The notes below the pieces were generated by a model that worked only from the letters and a program-made list of their open reading frames with translations, had not been told where the DNA came from and searched no databases. Shown in pieces: positions 24,745 to 33,644 of a stretch of DNA of 36,666 bases; the first letter of the stretch is position 1; each line of letters begins with the position of its first letter. The position numbers and the translations under genes are program-made. Location: the NCBI GenBank assembly GCA_002269645.1, contig NIVC01004733.1, forward strand, positions 1 to 36,666. The letters are read 5' to 3'. Origin of the DNA: Macrostomum lignano (taxonomy: Eukaryota).

Positions 24745-25529
24745 TCAAACAGTTACAATATTACACCAGATGTCAATCAGTTGAACACAGTTACTAATTA
24801 GCCTACAAATCTCATGATGAGATTCCATAGCCAGTTTAACAAGCCAATTCCGGTCGCGAAGTAGTTCAATCTTCAACGCTTTGTACATCAATCGGAGTTG
24901 ACGCCGGACGCAATTCGTCAGCTGATCTTCGCTCATGGAGTGTACAATATCAATAAGACGCTTGTCCGTTGATTCAGAAAGAAACACGAGCAGCAATAGC
25001 AGATAGTAGCTTGGCCCGTCAACAGACAAATGAATGTACTTTAACAGCAACAGACGATCGGATAAAAGTGCATCAGCCGGAGGACACATGCCAATATGGG
25101 CAAGCTGGTTCAAGAAGTCAACAATGTGCTGCTGTTTAGCAGACAGTACATCTGCTACATTGCTCAAACTCACAGGCACGCAGTCGTGCTCAGTAGGATT
25201 AGTCGACTCGAGAACAAAATCGTATTCTAATAGTAGCGTCAAGTTGCTATGGTTACCGTAGTTAATATAGACCTGGTCGCCAGCTTGATAAGCTGTTTTA
25301 GTGGTTAGCACTAGAGAGCGCGTCTCGGTGTTGAATGAGGTCACCGCGGACACGGCTGGCGAGTGGTTGAACAGGTCGAAGTACGGGACCAGGGCGGGCC
25401 GGTTCAGGCCGGGGCAGTGGACCACCCTGTGGGCGGCGAGAGGTTGGATCATCTGTTGCATGAGCAAATAGACAGACAGGCAGCGGCAGATGGACAGACA
25501 GGCAGGCAGGCAGGCAGACAGACAAACAC

Positions 25530-25572
<43 letters not shown>

Positions 25573-25966
25573 GGCAGGCAGGCAGGCAGACAAACACACA
25601 GACAGACAGACAGGCAGACAGACAGACACAGACGCTAAGACAGTCAGACAGACAGCCAGCCGACAGACCGACAGACAGACAGGAACAGGCAGACAGACAC
25701 AGCAGACGGAAACATAGACAGACAGACAGCGAGACGGACAGGCAGACAGCTAGCTACAGCGATCAGTCCGCACTCGGTCACAGCAATAAAGCTTAGCCCG
25801 CAGACACAAACCTTGTATTAGTCCAATGGCAGCAAGCCAGCCACATTTGATGTCGATTGTGCTGCAGCGCATCTGCAGGCGCAGCGGCCAGCCAATCAGA
25901 AGCCAGCGCAGCCAGCCGATCAATCAGCAAATCGGTTGCGTAACCCAGCCAATCAATTGTTGGTTG
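24745..25966 (-). CDS. SET-domain protein methyltransferase (SETD4/Rubisco-LSMT-like), C-terminal two exons only
   Basis: Exon 25966-25812 ends WLACCHWTNT-AG|GTTTGT and joins in phase 2 to cccacag|G at 25426. This gives WTNTRVVHCPGLNRPALVPYFDLFNHSP...VYINYGNHSNLTLLLEYDF, matching the SETD3/4/6 NTR...ALxPxxDxxNH...YG..N..L..YGF pattern. The N-terminal SET half was not found. Confidence 0.75.
25465..25750. repeat. (AGAC/AGGC)n microsatellite in the SET gene intron
   Basis: Seen directly. Confidence 0.95.
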
Positions 25967-26009
25967 CTGGAAATTACGTGTAAAAAAACACTTTAGTAGG
26001 ATTCTTAGA

Positions 26010-26320
26010 AACTGAAAAGTAAATTCAACACATTCTAGAAACTAAAAAGTACATTCTACAAACTGAGTCGAAAAGCATTATCTACACACTATGCGACTAT
26101 CAGATGAAAAGTACATTCTACATACCACAAGATAAAAAGTACATTAATAGATACCATACACTCTACACACTCCATGAGATGAAAAGTACACTACAGTCTA
26201 CATACTCCATGAGATTAAAAGTACACTCTCACTCTATAAGATGAAAAGTACACTCTACACATTCTGAGATGAAAAGTACACTCTACACATTCTATGAGAG
26301 TAAAAAGTACATTCTACACA
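26010..26320. repeat. Degenerate ~30-bp minisatellite (gatgaaaagtacactctacacatt...)
   Basis: Recurring aaaagtacattctaca core. Confidence 0.8.
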
Positions 26321-26461
26321 TCCTATAAACTTCTTTATTCCCGCTGTTTGCTGCCTGGAGTTCAATCTGAAAGGCAAAATGATGATAAGAAATATTGAAA
26401 TAATTTGAACCGATATCTAGTATAATGAGACATGTTTTCTCAAAACTGATCAAACACGCAC

Positions 26462-26559
26462 TCAGAGAGCTGGGGTTAATTTCAAATAAACCGCGAAAGC
26501 ACAAAACACTTTTTTAAAGAATTTGCTACAATCCGGTCTCAAATGTTCAACTTCATCAT
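26462..26559 (-). ncRNA. Box C/D snoRNA family B copy 1 (LSU rRNA guide, yeast Cm2948/snR69-equivalent site)
   Basis: ATGATGA ... TTGAACAT-TTGA(D') ... AACCCCAGCTCT-CTGA. CCCAGCTC is antisense to the conserved LSU GAGCUGGG. Confidence 0.85.
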
Positions 26560-26747
26560 GTGTTTAGAACGTGAAATGCTTAATAACTAAATATATATAG
26601 ATAGTTTCGTAATACTTACTTTATAACTTGGAACAGAAGACCGAAAATTTTACAAGGGAAATCTGAAATAACAAAATTTTTGACGAAAAGTTAAACATTC
26701 TAAGAAATCCAATAGGTCTTAAAATAATAATATAAAATCAAAGAGTC

Positions 26748-26849
26748 TCAGAGAGCTGGGGTTTAATTGCAATTTTTAGCTTTTGGATAAACAAATAGGC
26801 TTAATATTTGTCTAGCACTAAAGCAGTTCAAATGTTCAATTGTCATCAT
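26748..26849 (-). ncRNA. Box C/D snoRNA family B copy 2
   Basis: ATGATGA, TTGAACATTTGA, TAAACCCCAGCTCT-CTGA. Confidence 0.87.
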
Positions 26850-27495
26850 ATTGTTTTTGTGCAAAAGTAACGTTTTAAAGTGAATCGCACGACAGCCCCT
26901 GAACTATTCAATTTTCGTGCACAAACCGCAGGATGGGCCACTCAGCACATTTGCGTGCAAGCTACTTTCAGTTCAGTAGTAAGTAAGTAGTAAGTAGGAA
27001 GTTTATTGGCTCAGTCTTACCCCTCCTTAAGAGCGTAATCCTTCCAACGGCGCCTTTTCACACTAACCCCCCGCCCGCCCCAATTTTCATTGATTTCTCG
27101 GAATTCCAGCCTAAAGCTGCCATGTACATTCAGTAGACTGGCTAATGTACATTATTGCTGAACCAATTAGCAAGCTTGTGGGCTTCTAATCTTATCGAAG
27201 TTATTTTAGCTGCCTTTATTTTTATAAAATAGCTTATGTATTCTTCTCTACTACTGTAGTGAAAGTAGAAAGCTGTTTTGCTAAGCATTCAAGCGGCTTT
27301 TTGAATCTTCTTAATACCAAAAACATGGAGTTTTACAGTATTAAATTACGAGCGTACTTTCCAAGTTATTAGTATGTCACTTACTTTAACTGTTGAGATC
27401 AGTTTCCATCTAAAATTGGATGTTAAAATTACTTGTTAAAAAACACAAACTTTGACGCGAAAAGATAAAAATAAAAATGAATGAGTAGACAATTT

Positions 27496-27567
27496 TCAGT
27501 CTCATTAAATCAGCTTTCGAATGATCATCAGAGATTAAATCACTCAACTATGTAAATCTTTCATCAT
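27496..27567 (-). ncRNA. Box C/D snoRNA family A copy 1 (18S Am99 guide; SNORD57/snR51-type site)
   Basis: ATGATGA, D' TTGA, C' CTGATGA, guide AGCTGATTTAATGAG-A-CTGA antisense to 18S CUCAUUAAAUCAG. The +5 rule targets the A equivalent to human A99. Confidence 0.92.
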
Positions 27568-27762
27568 TTTCAACCATTTAATAACTCAATTTTTTTTCAT
27601 GATTAAAAAATCATTTTTTACTTACTGATATTATCTTTAAATTCCAATTTTCGACTTCAGCTTCAATTAATTAGTTCTAAAAGAAATAAAGAAAAAATAT
27701 CATGAGAAAATGTACGAGAAATGTAGATATTATTAAGTAATGTTATCGCAGAGTGCAAAATA

Positions 27763-27831
27763 TCAGTCTCATTAAATCAGCTTTAGTGTAAGGTCACGGT
27801 TGTGATCAAATATTTAATAAAGTATCATCAT
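27763..27831 (-). ncRNA. Box C/D snoRNA family A copy 2
   Basis: ATGATGA ... AGCTGATTTAATGAGACTGA. Confidence 0.92.
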
Positions 27832-28013
27832 ATTGATATTGGGTTTTGATATTTAAATAAATTATGAACTTACTTAATTGTTACAAGAGCAATCGAGAAA
27901 CAAATAAGGCTCCATGTGCGATCTGAAAAATAAACAGCCCTGTGTATTTGGTATATCAAATTTAATTTAAGTATTTTAAATTATTTTAAAAGTTTTATAA
28001 TACTGTATAATTC

Positions 28014-28098
28014 TCAGAGAGCTCGGGTTTATATCAAAGATAAAAGTACACCATTCGCTTGTACGATGAACTTTAGTCAACTGTTCGATTTTCATCAT
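28014..28098 (-). ncRNA. Box C/D snoRNA family B copy 3
   Basis: ATGATGA, TCGAACAGTTGA, TAAACCCGAGCTCT-CTGA (one extra nt inside the guide core). Confidence 0.82.
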
Positions 28099-28308
28099 AT
28101 TTTTACGTTTAATGAAGTGAAAAATATATAACGAAATTAAACATGAATAAGAGCTATTGCTTACACTTTAGCCAATTTCCAATCAAATTTGAGTGTTTTC
28201 AGCAAGTCTAAAAAATAGAAATGTTTGTTTATTAAGATCAAATTATTTTGGTTACGAAAAGTGCATGTAGCCAAATCAAAAGTACAAAAATATAAGTTCA
28301 ACGAAAGT

Positions 28309-28376
28309 TCAGAGAGCTGGGGTTAATATCAAATAGTCGGATGGAATCCTGCATTCAAATGTTCAAAGGTCATCAT
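28309..28376 (-). ncRNA. Box C/D snoRNA family B copy 4
   Basis: ATGATGA, TTGAACATTTGA, AACCCCAGCTCT-CTGA. Confidence 0.87.
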
Positions 28377-28573
28377 ATTTGGAAAAATATCGTAGTTAAA
28401 AATACAACGAAAAGTATGATCGAACTAACTACTTACAGTAGATCAAATTTATTGACTTTCGCAGAATCTTCTCGAAATGAACACTGAGGTCTGCAATAGT
28501 AAAAAAAGGAATAGTTCAGTGGCAACGATATTAACAACTTCCAACTCCTAATCTAAGCTCGTATAAAGAATTG

Positions 28574-28637
28574 TCAGTCTCATTAAATCAGCTTTTGTGT
28601 TAATCACAAAAATATTCATGAAATATAAATTCATCCT
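28574..28637 (-). ncRNA. Box C/D snoRNA family A copy 3 (variant box C AGGATGA)
   Basis: Intact guide plus D box AGCTGATTTAATGAGACTGA; box C is degenerate. Confidence 0.8.
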
Positions 28638-28821
28638 AAAAATGTTTTAAAAATAAAATGAGTACTACTATTTCACACTTGCATTCTTACCTAGTCGATG
28701 TCATGAACCATGGTAATTTTTTCTCGATTTCAATGCCTGCAAATGCAAAGGCGAGACTGTAATGCTCCAAATTTCAAATAGAACAAAATTCACATTCAAA
28801 AACCAAATATAAAATCACTAT

Positions 28822-28905
28822 TCAGAGAGCTGGGTGTTATTATCACTTAGAAAACAATGAGCCACTAAAAGTGTCCATTGCTATCGAATGTTCGAATGTC
28901 ATCAC
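28822..28905 (-). ncRNA. Box C/D snoRNA family B copy 5
   Basis: GTGATGA, TCGAACATTCGA, TAACACCCAGCTCT-CTGA. Confidence 0.87.
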
Positions 28906-29091
28906 TTTTAATACTGAACGGAGTACAGTAGCTTCCAAAAATAACACGGGGCAAGCTTACCATTGGCAATGAAATAGAAGTACTTCATCAACAAATCTAA
29001 AATTGGAACGAATTGCAGAGCTGTAGCGTAACAGCATGTGAATTTTGAATAAATACCTGCGAAAAAATTTTACGAACACAGAAATGCTATT

Positions 29092-29159
29092 TCAGTCTCA
29101 TTAAATCAGCTTTGGATTGCAATCACATTGCGATCATTTATTGTTTAAAAATTCATCAT
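29092..29159 (-). ncRNA. Box C/D snoRNA family A copy 4
   Basis: ATGATGA ... AGCTGATTTAATGAGACTGA. Confidence 0.92.
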
Positions 29160-29326
29160 CAGCAAATCTACGAGTACATTAAATTAAACTTTACCAGAAA
29201 AAAACGTATTAGAGTTTCAGATACGCAAAGGGAGAAATTAACCCCGTACGTATTATGGGGAATGGAGGTTGTTGTCACTTTAAAACCAGTCACAAGCTAT
29301 ATGCGGATAAAGTAACGCTAGTGGGC

Positions 29327-29777
29327 TAGGGATTGCAATCCCGGGATCCCGGGATTTGGGACCCCAAATCCCGAAACTAATTTTTGTTAATATTTTTTAC
29401 AAAAAGTGCTGTAATATAAACATAATTAGGCCCACAATTAGTTTATTATACTGCGCTAATTTCCGTTAATTGCCTCACGTCGCGTGGCACCTTTTTAAAC
29501 CCCGCATCATAGATTTAAATGTGAAATTAATTCCAATTTAAATTTTGATATAATTTGCTTTTTTACTACTAATTAGTACATTTATACTACTTACTTTAAT
29601 GGGTCACAAGATAATGCTGTTTATCATCTACAAATAGATCATTATCTCTATAACAATAAAAAAGTAAGCAAAAAAGCGTTTAGCGCATATTTTGCCTTAA
29701 AATTTCAACCTAAAAGCATAAAAATCTGTATTATTCTGATCCCGGGATCATAAAAATCCGGGATTTTGCAATCCCTA
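29327..29777. mobile_element. hAT-like MITE (~450 bp) inside a snoRNA-host intron
   Basis: TIRs tagggattgcaatcccggga / tccgggattttgcaatcccta, with CCCGGG subterminal motifs. Shares the TAGGGAT terminus with 2400-3781. No 8-bp TSD; only gggc on both sides. Confidence 0.72.
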
Positions 29778-30313
29778 GGGCACAAAATAACCTAAAAATG
29801 GGGTGGGGCTTGGCTTGGGGCGACCAACCAAAAAATCGATAACAACACTGACTCACTCCGTGCCTTGGGGGCTGTTAGCTGGTGGGGCTAATGGTGGGGG
29901 CAGATAAGATAGGGAATTTGGTGGGGTAAGACGCCAGCGAGAAAATCGATAAAGCTCTCTTACCCATCCCGATTCCACACTCGCTTGCTACAGTAAAATG
30001 GGGTTAGCGGAGTGAGGTTGGGTTTAGATAGGGACGGTCGACCATAAAATCGATAAATCTTTTACTCACTCACGACTCACAAGGCCTCAGTGGAAAACTG
30101 ATGCAAAAAGTTAAATAATTAATAACACAGTTAATAGGAAATAAATTACACTTACCCTATGACGTGCAATTTAAGCAGTAACTTGATCTTTTACACACAA
30201 ACTGGTCTTAAAACTGCGACCTGTAACAAAAATAATGGCTGTGCATGAAATTTCGATTAGCTAATTTCATTAAAATAGGTGTATTAGTACTAGGTTGGGT
30301 TCTAAACATTGCT

Positions 30314-30408
30314 TCAGAGAGCTGGGTGTTAATATCAATTCGTAAAACTAATAAGCCACTTGTTAGGTGTTTATTAATAATTACGTTCTAATGTTCAAGT
30401 GTCATCAT
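30314..30408 (-). ncRNA. Box C/D snoRNA family B copy 6
   Basis: ATGATGA, TTGAACATTAGA, TAACACCCAGCTCT-CTGA. Confidence 0.87.
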
Positions 30409-30608
30409 GTGCTTAAATATCAAACAGTAATTGCTACTGAAGAACAGTAATAAAAATGAAAAAACAAGCTTACCAGATATCAGTTCCATTACAGCCGAAA
30501 TCCAATCCTGGAAAAATGAAATAAAATATAAAGCTATTGATTGTTTTAAGTAAATGTAATTCAAGAAAATGAGTTCTGTTTGAACAAATAATTGCTACTG
30601 ATAAGCAT

Positions 30609-30679
30609 TCAGTCTCATTAAATCAGCTTCAGGTTACACTCATAATATTTGAGGTCATTTATATAGAGATTGTCATCAA
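30609..30679 (-). ncRNA. Box C/D snoRNA family A copy 5 (box C TTGATGA)
   Basis: Guide plus D box AGCTGATTTAATGAGACTGA intact. Confidence 0.88.
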
Positions 30680-30876
30680 AGCTGTATTCATAAAATCCTT
30701 TGTTCTACTAAATTTAGTAACTAATAATGCAATTGACTTACCTATCTTCTTTAACACATGAACCGATAATACACTGTAGAGGTCCTAAAACAAAAGGAGC
30801 AGGTTGATAGGAAGATCGATATTAAAAATAGAAGCTACAAACTATATTTATAATAAAGTTTCCTGGCTCTAAATAT

Positions 30877-30950
30877 TCAGTCTCATTAAATCAGCTTTAG
30901 ATTGCAAAAAGTCACGATTCTATTTTTGCATACAATAATTTTATCATCAT
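30877..30950 (-). ncRNA. Box C/D snoRNA family A copy 6
   Basis: ATGATGA ... AGCTGATTTAATGAGACTGA. Confidence 0.92.
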
Positions 30951-31017
30951 TAATATAGGCCAATAACTGTAACATTAAAAGTGGGAATATTAACAAACCT
31001 CATCTGGTATTGATAGT

Positions 31018-31115
31018 TCAGACGGTAATTCTTGTTTAATTTCAAGGTACTCACGAGCAACTATAAACAAATATAGTCACTCTCTAGACTCAAATTAGAC
31101 ATTCGAGGTCATCAT
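31018..31115 (-). ncRNA. Box C/D snoRNA family C (18S Um627 human / Um578 yeast site; SNORD65/snR77-type)
   Basis: ATGATGA ... GAATTACCG-T-CTGA. The guide is antisense to 18S CGGUAAUUC; the +5 rule hits the U immediately after the G530-equivalent. Confidence 0.82.
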
Positions 31116-31869
31116 TGATAAATCTCTTACTAATAAAAGTTTACATCTAAGCATACAAAACTACTCACAGTTTTAAACAGTCAATCGACGTCTTTTAGCA
31201 GCAGTAGACAGACAGATCCAGCCGGTTGAAATTAAACTAATTGAGTCACCATAGCTATAACAACTAAATACTGCACTGAATATTTCATGAAAAAAATAAA
31301 TACAAGACTTGTACTACAATTTTAATTAAAAAATGTTTTTTGGTACTTAAATACAATAAACTGTGTCAACACAGTAAAAAAAACTACAATAGGTTTGTAA
31401 CAAACGAATAAAAGAGATATTTATTAAATACATATACAGACATTACAACTTACAAGTATCTGATATATAAAAAATGTTATGCGTCACAGCCAGTGGACAC
31501 ATGCTACCTATAAGTTCTCTTACTCTTAAGAACATTACCTAGAAAAAATGTAAGTACTTTAGTCTTGTAAAATGAAACAACACAAAAATAACAATGGACG
31601 GAATGGTGGAATGTCTAATGTATAAGATACTTCAAATTGTTTTTAAATACAGTTGAATTTAATATTCACAACTTAGGTTCGCAACGATTGATTCGGTGCT
31701 ATAATCTAAAGATATCAGATATCTGCAGGTTTCTAACTAATCAGCTGCGCAAGACAATACAATTTATTATGTACGAGTAATTCATGATATTTAGTCAGTT
31801 AACTATTTCGTTCTACAATCGATCAAATTTAAAACTTTTAATCTCGCAGCTCAAGCAACTGGAATTACT

Positions 31870-32690
31870 GGATATCTGGAAGGCTGTCCCACCAACTGAG
31901 GATCTGGGATGCTGGTCCAGAAAATGAGGATCTGGGATGCTGGTCCAGAAAATGAGGATCTGGGATGCTGGTCCAGAAAATGAGGATCTGGGATGCTGGT
32001 CCAGAAAATGAGGATCTGGGATGCTGGTCCAGAAAATGAGGATCTGGGATGCTGGTCCAGAAAATGAGGATCTGGGATGCTGGTCCAGAAAATGAGGATC
32101 TGGGATGCTGGTCCAGAAAATGAGGATCTGGGATGCTGGTCCAGAAAATGAGGATCTGGGATGCTGGTCCAGAAAATGAGGATCTGGGATGCTGGTCCAG
32201 AAAATGAGGATCTGGGATGCTGGTCCAGAAAATGAGGATCTGGGATGCTGGTCCAGAAAATGAGGATCTGGGATGCTGGTCCAGAAAATGAGGATCTGGG
32301 ATGCTGGTCCAGAAAATGAGGATCTGGGATGCTGGTCCAGAAAATGAGGATCTGGGATGCTGGTCCAGAAAATGAGGATCTGGGATGCTGGTCCAGAAAA
32401 TGAGGATCTGGGATGCTGGTCCAGAAAATGAGGATCTGGGATGCTGGTCCAGAAAATGAGGATCTGGGATGCTGGTCCAGAAAATGAGGATCTGGGATGC
32501 TGGTCCAGAAAATGAGGATCTGGGATGCTGGTCCAGAAAATGAGGATCTGGGATGCTGGTCCAGAAAATTAGGATCTGGGATGCTGGTCCAGAAAAAGAG
32601 GATCTGGTGGCTGGCCCAGCAACTGAGGATCTGGGAGGCTAGTCCAGAAAATGAGGATCTGGTGGCTGACCCAGCCGCTGAGGATCTGCA
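31870..32690. repeat. 28-bp minisatellite variant (tgaggatctgggatgctggtccagaaaa)n, 24 apparently identical copies at 31897-32568
   Basis: Homogeneous core; edge units revert to the gaggctggcccagcaac type. Confidence 0.96.
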
Positions 32691-32819
32691 AGATATCAGA
32701 TATCAGATAGGTGGTTCAACAATTTCAGAATTCAGAATAACTCTGATTAAAAACCGAAATAGAACAAAACTCAATATTTTAATTAAAAGCAGTCATAATT
32801 AGCACAGTAAAGAAGTCAA

Positions 32820-33533
32820 TCAAGCAATGGTGGTTTGGCCGGCGTTCCTCCTTCGCAACTCGGTACCCTCGAAGGCATTGTTATAATAGACGTAGCCGTC
32901 TTCCCTGGACTCGCCAGACTGATCCAATCCGTCAGCATTGAAATACTCCATCTTGTGGTGAAACTTCAATGCCTGAACAGTTTGAAACACTTTGATAGTG
33001 TACAGGCCCATGATCACTTCTAGCAGTACGAATATGAATTCCACAGAGTGCATGACGATCTCGAAGGGATTCACCAGCAGATAATAGTTGAATAGAAAGA
33101 AGCAGATAGCTGGCAGCTGTATAATAGTCGTGATAAGCCAACTACCGGCTAAATCGGCAATATTCTCCGACAGATTGCCGAAGTAGCCAATGTAAAGCCG
33201 GATGAATTCCAGGATGCAATACAAGCAGAACAGGGCGATCAATATTGGCTGATAGATGTAATTCAGCTGGCTGTACTTGTCAACTATGGACAATAGGAAG
33301 CCGACAATCCAGAATGGAGCAAAGAATGCGTTGAAATAATACACAATCTGCAATGGCAGGAAGGTGGCGTACTCAAGCCCTGTGCGGCCAGTCTGTAAGC
33401 GGATCTTCTCCAAGTCCTGCTTGCGAACTGGGAACATTTGATTGGTCATGCGGCCCATTGCTGACCGCCAGGTGCCTTGCAGGCGTTGCACAGCCTGGCT
33501 GGCTTGCTGCTGCATGCTGTTCATTGTGTTCAT
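32820..33533 (-). CDS. TMEM17: Ciliary transition-zone transmembrane protein TMEM17 (intronless CDS, 237 aa)
   Basis: LPLQIVYYFNAFFAPFW, EFIRLYIGYFGNLSE, LAGSWLITTIIQLP and four hydrophobic helices match the TMEM17/Transmemb_17 family. Confidence 0.9.
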   Translation of the reverse strand: MNTMNSMQQQASQAVQRLQGTWRSAMGRMTNQMFPVRKQDLEKIRLQTGRTGLEYATFLPLQIVYYFNAFFAPFWIVGFLLSIVDKYSQLNYIYQPILIALFCLYCILEFIRLYIGYFGNLSENIADLAGSWLITTIIQLPAICFFLFNYYLLVNPFEIVMHSVEFIFVLLEVIMGLYTIKVFQTVQALKFHHKMEYFNADGLDQSGESREDGYVYYNNAFEGTELRRRNAGQTTIA

Positions 33534-33644
33534 TTGGTCTGCTTGGGTTTCTGGCGATGCTGCTGTCTAGCGATATCACTGCTTGTCTGCTTCAGTTGTT
33601 CGAGCGTAGGCATGAAAAATCATATAAATCACTATTCAGCTGTA

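Larger units (their letters stand above)
26320..31250 (-). ncRNA. Non-coding multi-exon box C/D snoRNA host gene (GAS5/UHG-like architecture)
   Basis: Minus-strand mini-exons bounded by YAG acceptors and GTAAG donors: 30784-30742, 30507-30474, 30220-30156, 28996-28961, 28736-28691, 28490-28437, 28207-28165, 27922-27874, 27676-27626, 27409-27385, 26662-26620. Terminal exon starts at 26366 with AATAAA at 26339-26334. First donor GTGAGT at 31168. Exon 27676-27626 has stops in all three frames. The 5' end is approximate. Confidence 0.85.

Noticed and set aside
26379-26449. Plus-strand ATGATGA...CTGA resembling a C/D snoRNA
   Set aside because: It is antisense to the host, coincides with the host's polypyrimidine tract, and has no recognisable rRNA complement.
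30474-30784. Open frame across two host exons (DLYSVLSVHVLKKIGLDFGCNGTDI)
   Set aside because: It terminates in the next exon, has no start or homology, and other host exons have stops in all frames.
26462-30950. CRISPR-like pattern: conserved ~20-nt motifs (tcagtctcattaaatcagct, tcagagagctggg) separated by unique sequence
   Set aside because: The context is eukaryotic, spacing is irregular (200-1500 bp) and there are no cas genes. The motifs are box D plus rRNA-antisense guides paired with box C.
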